DNA from: Takakia lepidozioides
Taxonomy: Eukaryota > Plantae > Bryophyta
Reading direction: 5' to 3'
Assembly (NCBI GenBank): GCA_030704615.1
Contig: CM060731.1
Span: 63,426,001 to 63,490,000, forward strand
DNA length: 64,000 bases
Both the position numbers and the translations under genes were made by a program. Under the pieces are notes generated by a model. That model had not been told where the DNA came from. It ran no database searches and was given only the letters and a program-made list of their open reading frames with translations. The number at the start of each line of letters is the position of its first letter. Position 1 is the first letter of the stretch. This document shows positions 11,286 to 25,000 of this stretch, one piece after another.

Positions 11286-14200
11286 ATGACAATCCCAGGG
11301 AATGGAGATGATAAGAGACCAGGCGTGCAATTCGACCCTGCTGTGGAAGAGATGGAGGTGGAAGCGTATAAGCGCCTCTATCCTCTGCAATACTATGAAC
11401 GTTACTTGGATGCTGCTGTCCGCCCTGATGGTCGACCCCTCGGCCGAGCCCGCCCCACTTCTCTTGCACTTGGTATTGACTTGGATCATCACGTAGTTAG
11501 TTTTCTGCATTTTCTTGGGGGTTCTTTTGCGGGGAAATCAGCATTTCATCATATGTTGAGGCGAGCGTTCTGTCAAGCACAAGCGGGAGTGATGCACTTG
11601 AAAATCCAAAACCCTAATTCTCCAGGGACATTTAAGAAACTATGTGCGTTGCATTAGTTTAGATCTCTGTATGATTGTCTTTCTGAGGCAGCCTGTTTAC
11701 TGTCACTTTCGCTCCATCTCAAATCGAGTGAAGAGGGGGGCTTGGGAGGATTGGCATCGCTGCAGGCGCAGTGCCGACTGCAGATGGATCGGCATTGGTC
11801 AAGCTTGGCAACACGGTGAGGCGAGGCTATCTCTGTCACCCTTTACTGCCCTCTACTTCCTTCGAAATCCTTCGCGCGTAAAGTCTTACGCTGGAATCTC
11901 TGTAGCCCCCGGTTGGTTAAAACCCAGTGAGCAGATGGTGTTCATGGTTCCCCCTTGATGTTTCAGGTCTACTTCCATCAGGAGGGGAGCACCTTCTAAA
12001 GGCTCCTTGCGATGTGTCTGTGCAAATCTTTTTCCTGATTTTACCTCTGAAGTATCAGGAGCATCCAAGTGCTAAAGTTTCGAAGCGATGCCCCAGCCAA
12101 GGGCCTGGGAGCTGTGATCTCCAACACAACCCAAGAGTGGTCACCATTGTAGCTATAGTGCCCCCAACCAGAGGTGAAAGTTAAGGAGTTGATGAAGAGG
12201 TCAATAGAAATAGTTTTGGTTGTCCTTTCATGTAACCCATGTTGTCTATGCAGCCCTGCACCTGTGTACTTGTCAAAAGACATTCAAATTCTGAAGGGTA
12301 CCGATCATGTACATCCATCTCTGGCCGAATGGTCAATCTGTTGGGGTTTAGGACACCGCACATTGTATCCTTATCATGCTCTGGTAAATGCAATGGGTGT
12401 TGGCAGACCATGTTAGCAGGAGTAAAGCTGGAGGTGATGGTGCCATCAGCAGAGACTCCAGATCAAGGCCATATTGGTAGGCCTCTATCTGGTTCTGAAA
12501 TTCTCTAAAACTCTGGTTCTGAAACTTTTTGGTGGTGCTTGTATTTGTTAATATTTTTGAAGCATGTTGAGGATTGGGATTATTTTGGAAACATGCAGCG
12601 GTGGACTTCCAGATGCCACCCATTTGCTGCCCCCTTGTTAGGCCTGGCAGGCCTGCTGAAGCTGCTTCTGCTGTCTCGGAACAGCTGTCCAACGCGCTGG
12701 CCAGGTTTGTTTATGCTGCTTGCCTTGCTCGTGTGTCTTCACATCATATGAAAGGTGTAGACACTGAAACTGAGGAAGGTGGAGGAAGAGAGATGTATTC
12801 AGGCATTGGCTATAGTGGTGATAATACATAAAAGGATGAAGGGATATATACTCATTGATCAAGTGATGGATTTTGCTGTATTCGTTTGACTGTTATTTTT
12901 GCTGGATACTGACCCTGCAGGAGTCGGTTCTGGAGTGTATGTCCAATTGGGTTCAGTCAAGAGGGAGGAGAAATAGGGAGATATAGAGAGACTACCTTCA
13001 TGCACCTATTTGCACCTAGTATACTCTATTTTTTAACTTGGTAGTCAGTGTTGTCTTTCAAGCGTTATGTTTGTGGGGAATCTTAAGTGACAGTGTTGCT
13101 GGTGTGACAGCTCTGAGTTGGTGGATCTGCGAGAGTTGTGCATTGCACCTGGCAAGGCAGCATGGATGGCTTATCTGGTACATCCTCGTTTCAGCTTGTA
13201 CAGTGACAGTCATTACAAATAATTCTTTTTCTCAGTAAGTTCTCTAATGCAGTCATTCGTAGGTCTAATTCTTCATTTTTCTGCAAGAGGCTTACTGTCC
13301 AGTTGCCAAACCAGTTTTCCCTAGTGATATGTAAAGACATTGGCTAGGTTAACTATGGAAGGTATTGTTAGCTCTTAGGCAACAGTTGCTTATCAGCTCT
13401 TTTTTGGGATCAACTTAAAACATTTTACATTTTCTAACATATGCTTGTTGCTCCGGGGACTGCAGGATGTGTACTGTTTGGATGCAGATGGATCCCTACT
13501 GGATGCAGCACTACTGGCCTCTGTTGCTGCTCTAGCCCACTGTATGTCAACAGGTTTCCTCTAATCTTTGTTCATTATTTTGTGTTTTCAAGTGGGCTTC
13601 CTTTGATTGGGTCTGTTATTGCACGTCAGATGTTGGTTCTGCTCTCTTTGAAAGAATCGTTGCCTTCCTGCAAACTTTAAAGCCACAATATGGCATGCCA
13701 GTGCAATGAATGTCTTTCTTTCCCCTGTCTTGGGTTGATACCCTTTCAGGGCATGTGAATATCTGCACTGGAAGGGGCTACAGCTAGAGATGTAGAGATG
13801 TAGTTACAAACAGATCATTGTGGAGGAAAACCTACATGGTACATCTGGTTGACAGGAGTCACACATCACTGAGGAATGTTTACATCGTAACTGACAAGGA
13901 TGCCAGTTAGACCAATGTTTTCAAAACATGTGTTGTACGTGGGGTTGATGTGGCTGCCACAAAAATTGCAGTGCAATTGCCGGCTGTGTCGGTCTCTGAA
14001 GAAGGCCGTGTTGTCCCGTCAGCTCCATCTCCAGACAGCAGAGCCCCTCAGCAAGGAGGGCCAGAAAACTTGGAAATGAAAGAAGAAAAATGGACATCCA
14101 GGTTGAAACAGCGCCTGCAATTGAAGGCACCCCCACCCATTGCACTAACTTGTGCCATACATAAAAAGCATCTGCTGGCAGATCCATCCACTGAGGAAGA

Positions 14201-14610
14201 GACAGTATTGCAAACAGTCCTTACTGTGATTGTTGACTCGTCTGGGAAGCTTATCTCCTTCTACAAGCCTGGAGGTGCAGTTCCTGCCACTACTTCCACC
14301 GTTCAGGCAAGTCACTCAGCTCCAGCTCTAGATCTTCCAGTCGTCAGTGTTATCTCTGTTTGCTTGGGGGCTCTTGTTTGAGGGTATCGTGCGGGGGGAA
14401 CAGCCCCCAAAAACCTACGGTCTTCTGCTGTACAGACCATTTCCAGCAATCGTTGATGAAGAATTCCACATCTTGATTTGACCCAGTAGTTGTTTCTAAT
14501 TGCAGGATTGCATTGCTTTGGCCAAAAGGAGAGCAAGAGAAGTACAGCAAATACTGGAGGATGTGCTTGTTGAGGAAGCTAGCAGTCCTAGCGAAATGCA
14601 AACAGAGTAG
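11286..14610 (+). CDS. RRP43: Exosome complex RNase PH-like subunit RRP43, about 331 aa
   Basis: Exons 11286-11472, 11766-11815, 12407-12476, 12599-12704, 13111-13177, 13466-13541, 13972-14306 (GC donor) and 14506-14610 sum to 996 nt. Motifs RPDGRPLGRAR, GSALVKLGNT, DVYCLDADGSLLDA, LADPSTEEE. Confidence 0.9.
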
Positions 14611-14863
14611 ATAATTAGTAGCACATGTGGAAAGTTTTGGGTCTTTCACGTCTGCTAATCTTTGCTCATCCAGAGCTTACCACTGTGAAACCAGTAGAGA
14701 GGGTAAGGTTTGGCACTTGAGATGAAATTCCCAGCAGGCTTTTTTGGTACGTCAAATTGTGACAAGCTGATGTGAAGATTGTACTTTCCCTGTCATTTCC
14801 GCTGTATGATGATTTTGTGATAGTCAGTGGTTTTGTCTTTTCTTACTAAATGGTTATACATGG

Positions 14864-15212
14864 TTCTTCTTGAACCTATTTCTGCCTGTTTTGCCCTCTC
14901 ATCAGACTCGGCCCTGAGATGCATATTGAATTCTGTAAGTTAGTTCGTTGGGTGGATCCGGTTAAATCCTGCATGGGTCATGACACAAGGTCAAGGACAA
15001 TGTGGTGAGGGAACCTTCTTCTTCAAACTATTTCTGCCTGTTTTTCCCTCTCATCAGACTCGGTTAAATCCTGCATGGGTCATGACACAAGGTCAAGGAC
15101 AATGTGGTGAGGGAACCTTCTTCTTCAACCTATTTCTGCCTGTTTTTCCCTCTCATCAGACTCGGCCCTGAGATGCATATTGAATTCTGTAAGTTAGCTC
15201 GTTGGGTAGATC
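14864..15212. repeat. Complex local tandem duplication (about 102-bp unit twice, plus a repeated ~95-bp flank)
   Basis: cggttaaatcctgcatgggtcatgacacaagg...ctctcatcagact at about 14959 and 15061; cggccctgagatgcatattgaattctgtaagttag at about 14908 and 15163. Confidence 0.85.
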
Positions 15213-15263
15213 TGTGGTGGTTTGGAGTGACTTTGACAAGTTACTGCCGATGTGTGGCAGCAG

Positions 15264-15668
15264 GAAAGTATCCAAAAACAGATAACAGAGATGAGGAGAA
15301 GCTTTGGAATGAACACTTCTCCGACCCCAGTCAATGGTGGGACAATGGAGACAAAAAGGTGAATGCCTGTTGGACTACAGAGAGAAGCAGATGCAATTCA
15401 GAATTAGAACTACTGTAATAAGTAGGGTTGGGGTGTTTGCTGGAAGAACTTTACGCCGTCAGTGTCAACTGCTAGCAGCAAGGCTGAGGTTGTATTCATG
15501 ATTTTTACACAGGCAGGGATAGCTGAAGGACCAGGGATAGAGGTCCAGATTCATCCAAGAGGGCCGGATTTCAAACACAAGATTACTTCTGATTCCCTGT
15601 GGATCAATAGCTACAAGAATCACCAGTCAGCTCTCCAGTGTGAAGTTTTGGTGATCAAATTCTGCTAA
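15264..15668 (+). pseudogene. Isolated two-exon fragment encoding an OSB-type PDF ssDNA-binding motif
   Basis: Exon 15264-15358 (EEKLWNEHFSDPSQWWDNGDKK) plus exon from 15549 (IHPRGPDFKHKITSDSLWI). No convincing start or rest of the gene. Confidence 0.65.
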
Positions 15669-16443
15669 TACTCTGAGACTGGCAATATATTCCCCAAAAA
15701 TGCTGATGTGCAGTTTTACCTGACAATGGCCTACATTTTGTTGATGAGGTACATCCCAAGTTTATCACTTGATAAGGTAAGCCAGAAATCTAAAGAGAAT
15801 ATCGCAGATTCTAGAAAAGACTGCTGCCCAGCTCGTTTTACACATTGTGCAATACACATTAGATCCTCCTTTCTTTCTGCCTCACATAGTTTTGCAGCAC
15901 TCTTTACATCAGCAAGTGACAGCCATTATTCAAAAGGCTTTGACCAGATTAGCAATAGCAGGCGATCACTTCAAATTATTCGATAGCAAAAGGACCTGGC
16001 GCTGTGTAAACATTATGATCACAAGCAGTTATCCTAGCTCAAAACTTAACATGAATGTGAATCTTCAAGGAGAGTTGAAACCAACTTGAACCAAAGTAAA
16101 CAAACCGAAGATGGTCCATCTGACAGAGACTTGAGAGGAGGATTCCCCTGTGTCCTGCAGATTTTGCATCACTGCTTGATCCCAACCACAACTGTATTTC
16201 TCGTAATTCCATAATAAGACTCAGGGCACACTTCTATGTGGACCCATTCCTGTTGAAATGAAAAGGGTTTGACTTTTGCATGTTTGCCCCACCACTTCCA
16301 TGTACACCCTTTCTTGCTTGTGCAAATAGGCCTTTAACTTGGACAGCTGGCAACCATGTTACTGTGAAAGGTATATAAACAACGAACGTTTAACACTCTT
16401 TAACTTTCGCTTCTTCACAAATTTACTGTCTTCACATAGTTAC

Positions 16444-18098
16444 AGATCCCATTTTACTGCCAACCTGGCTAGTGAAGTTTCCTTTGGAAGCACCTCCAAA
16501 GGTGAGCAGATTACTTGGCAAGTGAAATAGCACAACAGGGTCAAATGAGAGTTTGTCATTTGGGTGACTGGACTATCACAAAATCTAGAATACAGCCCCT
16601 TTGATAGAGATGGTGTGCTCTATCAGCATCTTTTTGGCATTTTAGTGGGACAGTTCCTCCGTCCACAAACAAGAGAGAAGAGAGATTTGCACATACAGGT
16701 TTCCTACAAATCTAGTTCTTGCCCGCACGGCATGATCTATTCAAATCATGTCTCTAGTTCGTCCCCCTAAGAAGATTCATTCCATATTTCTAGTAACATC
16801 TTAGTTTGTAGATGCCTCCATGCAAATGAAGGCAGGATGTAAATATGAACTGCCAACAATAAAGTATGTGAAGCTGGACAGCGGGAAATAGAAGCTGTCT
16901 CAAGGGTTACAGAGCAGTTACTAAGAATCATTCCAGGTAGCACCAAAAGGCCTGGCCACCAATCAGGAGAACATGGATATGAAGGAATGAAAATTCAGTT
17001 GTCACAAGCTAAAGAGCATGTGGCCAAAAATTCGGACAAAAATAAATCGGATCGTTTCGTGGTCATCTCAACCTCCGTCGAAACACCATCAATTCAGTTC
17101 GTTTCTGTTTGATGTGCACCTGTCTCAATTCCTACTCAATTGTCTAAGCCTCACGCATCGATCGATTGAAATTTCGGTTTGCACTCTGCCAGACTTTTGA
17201 CAGTCCATTACCCCGTGCTTCCAGAGTATCTGAGCAACTTTCTTCTGTATGCAAGATCGCCAAACGCAGGTCAACGTAAATGGATAGACATCGGGCTAAG
17301 TCAGTGACCCAGCAGGCGGAAGAGATCAAAGCCTCTCCAAATATGGCACAAACAGATCAGGTTCCAGCGAGACAGCCAGATGCTGGTCCAATTAAGGTGT
17401 ATGGAAGAAGGTACAGTTAGGTTCCTAAATGCTAATTCACAGAGTCAAGAGTGTGCAACCATTGTGAGGAACTTTGAATTAACACCTGAGACTCGAATGC
17501 TTCCCGGCATGACGGGAAAGAGTTTATCGCACATGTAGCATGAAACGTCCTATGTGCCTGGTTCTACGAGCTTTGAGAGCTTAGAATCCGTACTTAGAAC
17601 GTTCTGAAAAAATGAAAAAATTGGCGTGGGTGGGTCCAAAGGACCCTTATTGTTTTTTGTTTTTTTTGTTTGTGAAGCCCTTACGGGGTCACGGGAGGTG
17701 GCGAATTCAAGTCCCCCACCCCGTAGAACGCAGCCAAGAGCTCACCAGGTAGCTCAGCATGTCCTGTCCTCTAGCACACGTGAGCTTTGGTGATGCTCCT
17801 GCTTTGTTCTTGGATTTGCTCGACTTGCTCTTGACCATCTCAGATTCTGTGCGCAGCTGATCTTCCCTGGCAGCCTTGTGAGACGCGAGAGAACGGTTCA
17901 TTGCACGAAAACTTGTGGGAGATAATTGACAAGATGAGTCCAGGCTCAGGCAATTTATAGTTAGAGTATTCATCCGCTCAATCCATCCATTCAAGTGAAT
18001 GATAAACAAAAGGAAACTGTAAACTGTAGGCGGAGAGCTGGTTAATGATGCAACTGGAATATTCTTTCGAACAGAGTTGCACTGGTCCTGGGGATTAT
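16444..18098. repeat. Copy 1 of a ~1.6-kb segmental duplication
   Basis: 16444-16875 matches 19884-20542 directly; 16876-18098 matches 20543-22083 in reverse complement. Confidence 0.85.
17645..17790 (-). mobile_element. Candidate short tRNA-derived SINE with A-rich tail
   Basis: Minus strand reads tgagctacctggtgagc (box A-like) ... gggacttgaattc (degenerate box B) ... aaacaaaaaaaacaaaaaac. It lies in a segment absent from the paralogous copy. Confidence 0.35.
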
Positions 18099-18346
18099 TA
18101 GAGACCTACATCAGACCTCAACACAATCATAAGCTTGGATGTGATGTTGTTACACGGTGAGTCTGGCAGTGAGGTAGCGATGGGATTTTTTTTTTTTTGT
18201 ACGTGAGTTCCACTGAAATGGAGAGGATGAAGATAGAGTTTAGGCACGCAATTGATACGTAGGAGTCACGGCTGATTATGAGAGAAGTCAGTCACACCGG
18301 AGTAGGGAATCTCACTGAGAGAGTCTGATTTTGGTGGAATCTGCAG

Positions 18347-19100
18347 GATCCAACGTATCTATTTGACCCAAGCAATGAGACAGCGGGTAGCTTTGTGCCC
18401 GCTCAAATTTTGTGCTCAAATTTTGTACGATGCAATTCATGGGCGACATCACAATGCTTCAGGCGCAATTGTGTTACTCTGTATCATCTGGGGATCTTTC
18501 CTCTTTGGTGGCCTTTCCATCACCCCAGTGCGGCTCGTGTTCTAAGTGTCTTCTGACTATGAAAACCAGTAGTTCGTTCGACTTTGCTCAATTTATCATG
18601 GCAGGTATATATATGCACTGTCACGTGATGGAGGAGTCCCGTTCTCAAGGCTCTGGCGCAAAGTTCACCCACGTTTTAAAGTCCCAGCCAATGCAGTCTG
18701 GTTTTGTGTGTCCTTCGCCATTCTTATGGGTTTTCCTATACTCAAGATCAAAGTCACTGCTATAACCTCAATTTGCACTATTGGGTGGGTGGGCGGCTAT
18801 GCTGTTCCAATTTTCTGTCGGATGGTGATGCGCTCAGAGGATTTCAAACCAGGTCCCTTCTACCTCGGCAAAGCCCGTCGCGGGATTTTCCATCCTTTGT
18901 TTGGATTTGCTACACATGCATTGTCTTCCTTCTTCCCACCCAATACCCTATATATCAAACTTTCCACCTTCAATTATGCACCCCGGCTCTTGGGTTTGTT
19001 TTGACAATCATAATATTGGGTTGGTGGATATTTGATGCCCGACGGTGGTTTAAAGGTCCTGTCCGGGAGATTTTTGATTGCAGATCCTTCCATTTGGTCC
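18347..19100 (+). pseudogene. 3' remnant of a BAT1-like amino-acid permease (APC superfamily)
   Basis: DPTYLFDPSNETAG, AIVLLCIIWGSFLFGGLSIT, YALSRDGGVPFS, ITSICTIGWVGGYAVPIF and WWIFDARRWFKGPVREI are spread over several frames. Frameshifts are present and the 5' exons are missing. Confidence 0.85.
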
Positions 19101-19883
19101 TCTATAGTCAAGATGGGATTATAGAGATTGTGGGAGTAGCTTGCCGTCCTTGCCCCCTTTCTAAAACTTCGACATTGCCTCACCCACGTCAGTATTCATG
19201 ATATTCAGACATTGTTTTTGGTGCCCTATTAAAACCTCTTAATTGAAAAGAGATAGATACAAATCTCACTCCAAACAAAACGCAACTTACCAGGCATTAG
19301 TGCTCCCCGGTAGTGTCACATAGTTAAATGTGGCTTCGAATACATATTGAATCGCAATACATATTGAACCTTTTTAAATTCACAAAAGTTACATTATATA
19401 GAACTTTTAAATACCGGGCCATGTAATTCGCAGGTGGTATAGGACATTTAGTAAGAGTGAACCCCCCCCCACCCCCCGAGACTGGGGTATCGAGTTATTA
19501 TTCTTGGCACTGTTCATGCACAAGAAGCCCGGAATAGGTTGATTTGAGTGAGCAGCACACAGTTAGTTGTATTTGCTTCAGGTGGACACCAAAAAATTAA
19601 GTCAGATTCAAAAAGTGAGGAAGTCAAAGAAGGGTAAGAACAAGCAACCAGCTCAAATATGAGTACAATTGAGCATAGACCCCAAAGACGGATATGTATT
19701 AGAAGGGGTTTCTCAGTATCTCAGTATGTGAGGGATGTAGTTCTCATTGACCACATGGCTGAGGGCATTCTGGGTTCAATTCAATCCTTCAACCTTCCAT
19801 CAATGCTTGGGTCCAGAGCAGTAGGCTCTGTGAATTCAACTGACGTTAAACACACTGTAACCTTAATTTATAATCTTCAAAAG

Positions 19884-22083
19884 AGATCCCATCTTTAAAG
19901 CCAACCTGGCTAGCGAAATTTCCTTTGGAAGCACCTCCAAAGGTGAACAGATACTTGGCAAGTGAAATAGTACCGGTCAAATGAGAGTTTGTCATTTGGG
20001 GGACTGGACTACATATCACAATTTCTACGAAAATACAGCCCCTTTGATATAAGAGATCATGGTGTGCTCTATCAGCATCTTTTGGCATTTTAGCAGTGGG
20101 ACACTTCCTCCGTCCACAAACAAAAGAGAAGAGAGATTTGCACATACAGGTCTTTAAACCAAACCAATGCATGCCCTTCTCTTGTCTTAATTTATTGAGC
20201 CATGGCATTGACGTAGTTTCGATGCACAAGAGGACTGGGTCCTTCGTGCAGGGGTTCTGCACCTGACAGACTAAGGATGTGTCCGACATGTCTCTAGTTA
20301 TTCAGGTTCAGTCACTGTGACTGCAAAGACACTGTGGACTAATTCAGAGTCTCTACAGCTGACTTTCCCGCAAATCTAGTTCTTGCCCGCACCGCACATG
20401 TGATCTATCAAATTAATCATGTCTTAGTTCGTCCCTACTTAGAAGATTCATTCCATTTCTAGTAACATCTTAGTTTGTACATGCCTCCATGGAAATGAAG
20501 GCCGGATATAAATATGTTGCCAACAATAAAGTGTGTGAAGCTAATAAGACCCAAGACCAATGCAACTCTGTTGGGAAGAAAGAATATTCCAGTTGCATCA
20601 TTAACCAGCTGTCCGCCTTACAGTTTCCTTTTGTTTATCATTCACTTCAATGGATGGATTGAGCGGATCGAACTATAAATGGCCTGAGCCTGGACTCATC
20701 TTTGTTAATTATCTCTCACAAAAAGCTCGTAGAAGCAGGCACACAGGAGGAGGGGAGGTTTCATGTTACATGTGCGAGGAACTCTTTCTCGTCATGCGGG
20801 AAGCATTCTGAGTCTCAGGTGCTTCAAAGTTCCTCACAATCATGGTTGCACACTCTTGAGTCTGTGAATTAGCATTTAGGAACCAAACTGTACCTTCTTC
20901 CATTAATTGGACCAGCAGATGGCTGTCTCGCTGGAACCTGATCTGTTTGTGCCATATTTGGAGAGGCTTTGATCTCTTCCGCCTGCTGTTCACTGACTTA
21001 GCCCCATGTCTATGCATTTACGTTGACCTACGTTTGGCGATTTTGCATACAGAAGTTGCTCAGATACTCTGGAAGCACCAGGTAATGGACTGTCAAAAAG
21101 TCTGGCAGAGAGAGGCCAGAGATTGTGAAAGTGCAAACCGAAATTTCAATCGATAGATGCGTGAGGCTTAAACAATTGAGTAGGTATTGAGACAGGTGCA
21201 TGTCAAATAGAAACTAAGAGGTTGAGGCAATGGTGGGAGAATCAAGGCGAGAAGGAGACAAGAAGATGCAGATTTATTTTTGTGTGGAGTGAACCCTATT
21301 ACCAATGAACCCAGATGAGGTGGACATCACATCCAGACATGACCGCAACATACTCATTCGGAGAGAGCTTATGGAATTACATGTCAAGAGAACTTGGATG
21401 CTACCCAATCTCACGACAAAGCTCCACTTCTATCGAGAGACATTCCTGGTGCTCCGCGATGATAGAATCTTGAGACCAAATTACCTTTCAGCACCCTTAT
21501 CTCCTTCCCTCTTGAGGGCATTGGGGCGGTTCAGGGTGGGTTCCCACAACCTACGGATAGAGACTGGCAGATGGGAAAACCTGCAACGGGAGGACCGCCT
21601 ATGTCCAGCTTGCATAGGGCGCAGCAAGGAAATTGAAACTGAAGAACACTTCTTCTTCTACTGCCCTCTATACTACGAGATCCGTGGGAGATTTCACTGT
21701 TTATTCAGTGGAACCCAAACTCTCACTGATGTCTTTCACTATGAGGATCAAAAATGCGTGGCAGCCTACTTACACGAGGCCTTCACCCTTAGACAATCGC
21801 TAGAACATTAATTGTGGTTTTTGGATTTGTTCCTCTCTCATGTTTTCTTCCATTTTGTCCCATAAGCTCTACGAGCTTTCCGCGGACGTTATAAAGCACC
21901 ATTTCATTTCATTTCATTCTGTCCGAATTTTTTGGCCACATGCTCTTTAGCTTGTGACAACTGAATTTTCATTCCTTCATGTCCATGTTCTCCTGATTGG
22001 TGGCAAGGCCTTTTGTGCTACCTGGAATGATTTCTTAGTAACTGCTCTGTAACCCCTGAGACAGCTTCTATTTTCAGCTGTCA
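19884..22083. repeat. Copy 2 of the segmental duplication, with an internal inversion and a LINE insertion
   Basis: Direct part 19884-20542; inverted part 20543-22083, interrupted at 21284-21918. Confidence 0.85.
21284..21918 (+). mobile_element. 5'-truncated RTEX-like non-LTR retrotransposon with (ATTTC)n tail
   Basis: ORF 21305-21811 carries RFRVGSHNLRIETGRW and a CPAC...EEHFFFYC zinc finger, then a short 3' UTR ending catttcatttcatttcatt. The empty site is visible in the paralogous copy near 17030-17048. Confidence 0.85.
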
Positions 22084-22099
22084 CACTCACTCACGTTCC

Positions 22100-25000
22100 T
22101 GACAGTATGTTAGAAACGCTAGTTTTGTGGTACATAGATTTGTTTTAAGACGAGCCCTCTGGCTGCGGCTGTCGAGGGGGCTGGTTAGCCATGAGACGCC
22201 CTGGCGTGTCACACGTGCCGGCAGAGACCAATTTCTTCTAGAATCCCCTCAGCAAGCATGGCAACCAGGAATGATCCTAGAGACCTGGTCACCGTTGAGA
22301 AGTTCAACGGAGAAAATTTCCAGCTGTGGAAATTTCATATGAGTGTCATGCTTCGTGCCAAAAGGCTTCTAGAAATTATTACTGGAGAGGCCACAAAGGA
22401 GAATGCTGAAGATGAAGATGAATGGACTGACAAAGATAATGTTTGTCAATCTATTATTGTTCTGCTGTTCATACTAAGTTTATGCGTCATTTGATGACGA
22501 CTTGCAAGACCGCTCACCAGATGTGGCGACGTCTCTGCACTGTATACGAGCAAAACGCTGCTGAGAACCTGCAAGTGCTTCAGCATAAGTTCTATGAATA
22601 CCCCATGAAAGCTGATGACAACGTTGCTGATCACATCAGCACCATTGAAGTTATGGCAAACCAATTGACTGATCTTGGAGAGCCCATTTCTGAAAAGGCC
22701 GTCATCACCAAGATTATGGGAACTCTGCCATCGAGTTTCAGGCATTTGGCATCTGCATGGGATAGTGTCCCCGTCGGTCGATCAGCAGACCATTGAAAGT
22801 CTCACTCTTCGGTTGCTTAAGGAGGAGAGTCGAAACAACGCTCACGCTATTCTAGATGAAAGCATTGACAAGGCTTTCTTTTCAAATCGACCAGGGACAA
22901 GTGTGCAGAGACAAACTGTTGAAGAGAGGAAGGAGCGTGCGGAGCGCATTGCTGAACTTAAAAAAAAAGGCCAGGTGCAACTATTGCCGTACGAAGGGGC
23001 ATTGGGCGAAGGAGTGCCCGAAAAGGAAGGAAGATGAGAAGAAAAAGAGCGAGGCAAATGTCATCGTTGCAGAAGATCCTGATAGCAGTGCCTTCGTCAC
23101 AACTACTTACATGCCCAACTCTGATGTCACCTGGTACGCAGATGGCGGCGCTACTGAGCATATGACAGATAAGTTAGCGTGGTTCAGCAAATTGGAGGAA
23201 GTGCCCCCCTGAAAATGGCCTGTTATGATCGCTGATGATCGAAGGCTTTGGGTCTGTGGTGTAGGCGATATCAACATCCAATGCCTAGTTGATGGCAATT
23301 GGGAGAAGAGGACCATGTCACAAGTTCTTTACGTGCCACAGCTCAAAAAAAATTTGTTTTCAGTCGGTCGAGCAGCTGACAAAGGATTTGTGACAACCTA
23401 CAAATGGGAGGCATGTTTTCTAACAAGCCATGATGGGCAAGGGAAAGTTGTGCTCACTGGAGTTCGATCAGACAAGTTGTATGAACTCCAGCTCAAAGTA
23501 GTGAAACCTACAGCCGAAGCAAATGTTGCTGCAACAAGTCCCGATTCGAATGCCAGTGAGAGAACACAAACTGCCAAAAGCTTAACCATTTGGCATGAGC
23601 GTTTTGGGCATGTGAATGCAAACATGATCTTGCAGATGGCGAAACCAACGTGGTCATTGGGTTGCAACTTGCGAGGACCAAAAGTGCAGACTCGCCAAGT
23701 TTTTGTGAAGGATGTGCTCTTGGAAAAAACCAAAGGCAACCATTCCCTGTTCGCTCACCTGTTCTCCGAGCACAGAAGGCAGACGACTTTTTTCACACTG
23801 TGCAGGTCCATGAGTGTCAACTCATTTGGAGGGGCCCGGTATTTTGTCCGTTTTAAGGACGATTTTTTTGGGTACCGATTTGTTTATTGCATCCGCAACA
23901 AATCCGAAATGTTTGATGTCTTCAAGCGACTTGAAACAACAGTTATGAGAGAGACAGGAAATCGAATTACCAAGCTCCGCAGTGATCGAGGTGGGGAATA
24001 TTTGAGCAATCCATTCTCCAAATATTTGAACGATGTTGGAATTTGCCATGAGACAACAGCCCCATACTCCCCGGAGCAAAATGGAAGAGCTGAGCGGGAA
24101 AATAGAACTCTGGTTGAGTCCATGCGAAGCATGTTTCATGCCAAAAGACTAAGCTTGCAGTATTGGGGGAAGGCAGCCCAGACCGCCGCAGCTTATGTGC
24201 TCAATCGCTCAGGATCAAGAGTGCACAACGGCGTTACTCCATATGAATTATGGACCGGTCAAAAACCAACAGTTGATCACCTGCGCGTTTTTGGAAGTAC
24301 CGCATATATGCATATCCCCAAAGAACAGAGAAAGAAGCTTGATTCTAAGAGCCTGAAGACAATTTTTGTTGGATACTGCTTGCACTCAAAGGCCTATCGT
24401 CTCTGGGACGTTAAGAGACGGCGAATCGTGATCAGCCGTGACATCCTTTTTGATGAACTTTCATCACCCCAGGAGTCAACGAACAAAGCTGAATTGTGGG
24501 GCGCCCCATTATTTGACGTTGTACCCCAGCCTACATTTATCGACCTGCACACCGGTAATGTAGCGCACGAGCCTAGTCCACTTGCTCAGGTTGCTGCTAT
24601 AACTGAACAACAAGAGGATCTACTTGCTCAAGATACTGCACATGTTTTTGCTACAGGCGAGCAAGATCCTCCTAATCAACAAGCTGATGTTGACCATTCT
24701 ATTGAGCATCCAACTAAGCAACACACTGCAAGGCCACAGAGGCTTCGAGGACCACCTCAGAAACTCCAAGACTTCTATGTGAGCTCTTTTGCAGGTATTG
24801 TAGAGAGCGATGACATACCAGAGGAACCTCACACCTTTACAGAAGCTATGAACGGCTCTCTCTCACACGAGTGGAAAAAGGCAATGAGCGAAGAGTTTCA
24901 CTCCCTGATCACAAATGAGACGTGGGTTTTGACAGACTTACCACCTGGTCGCAAAGCTATTCCCTGTAAGTGGGTATATAGAATCAAGACAACCTATACG

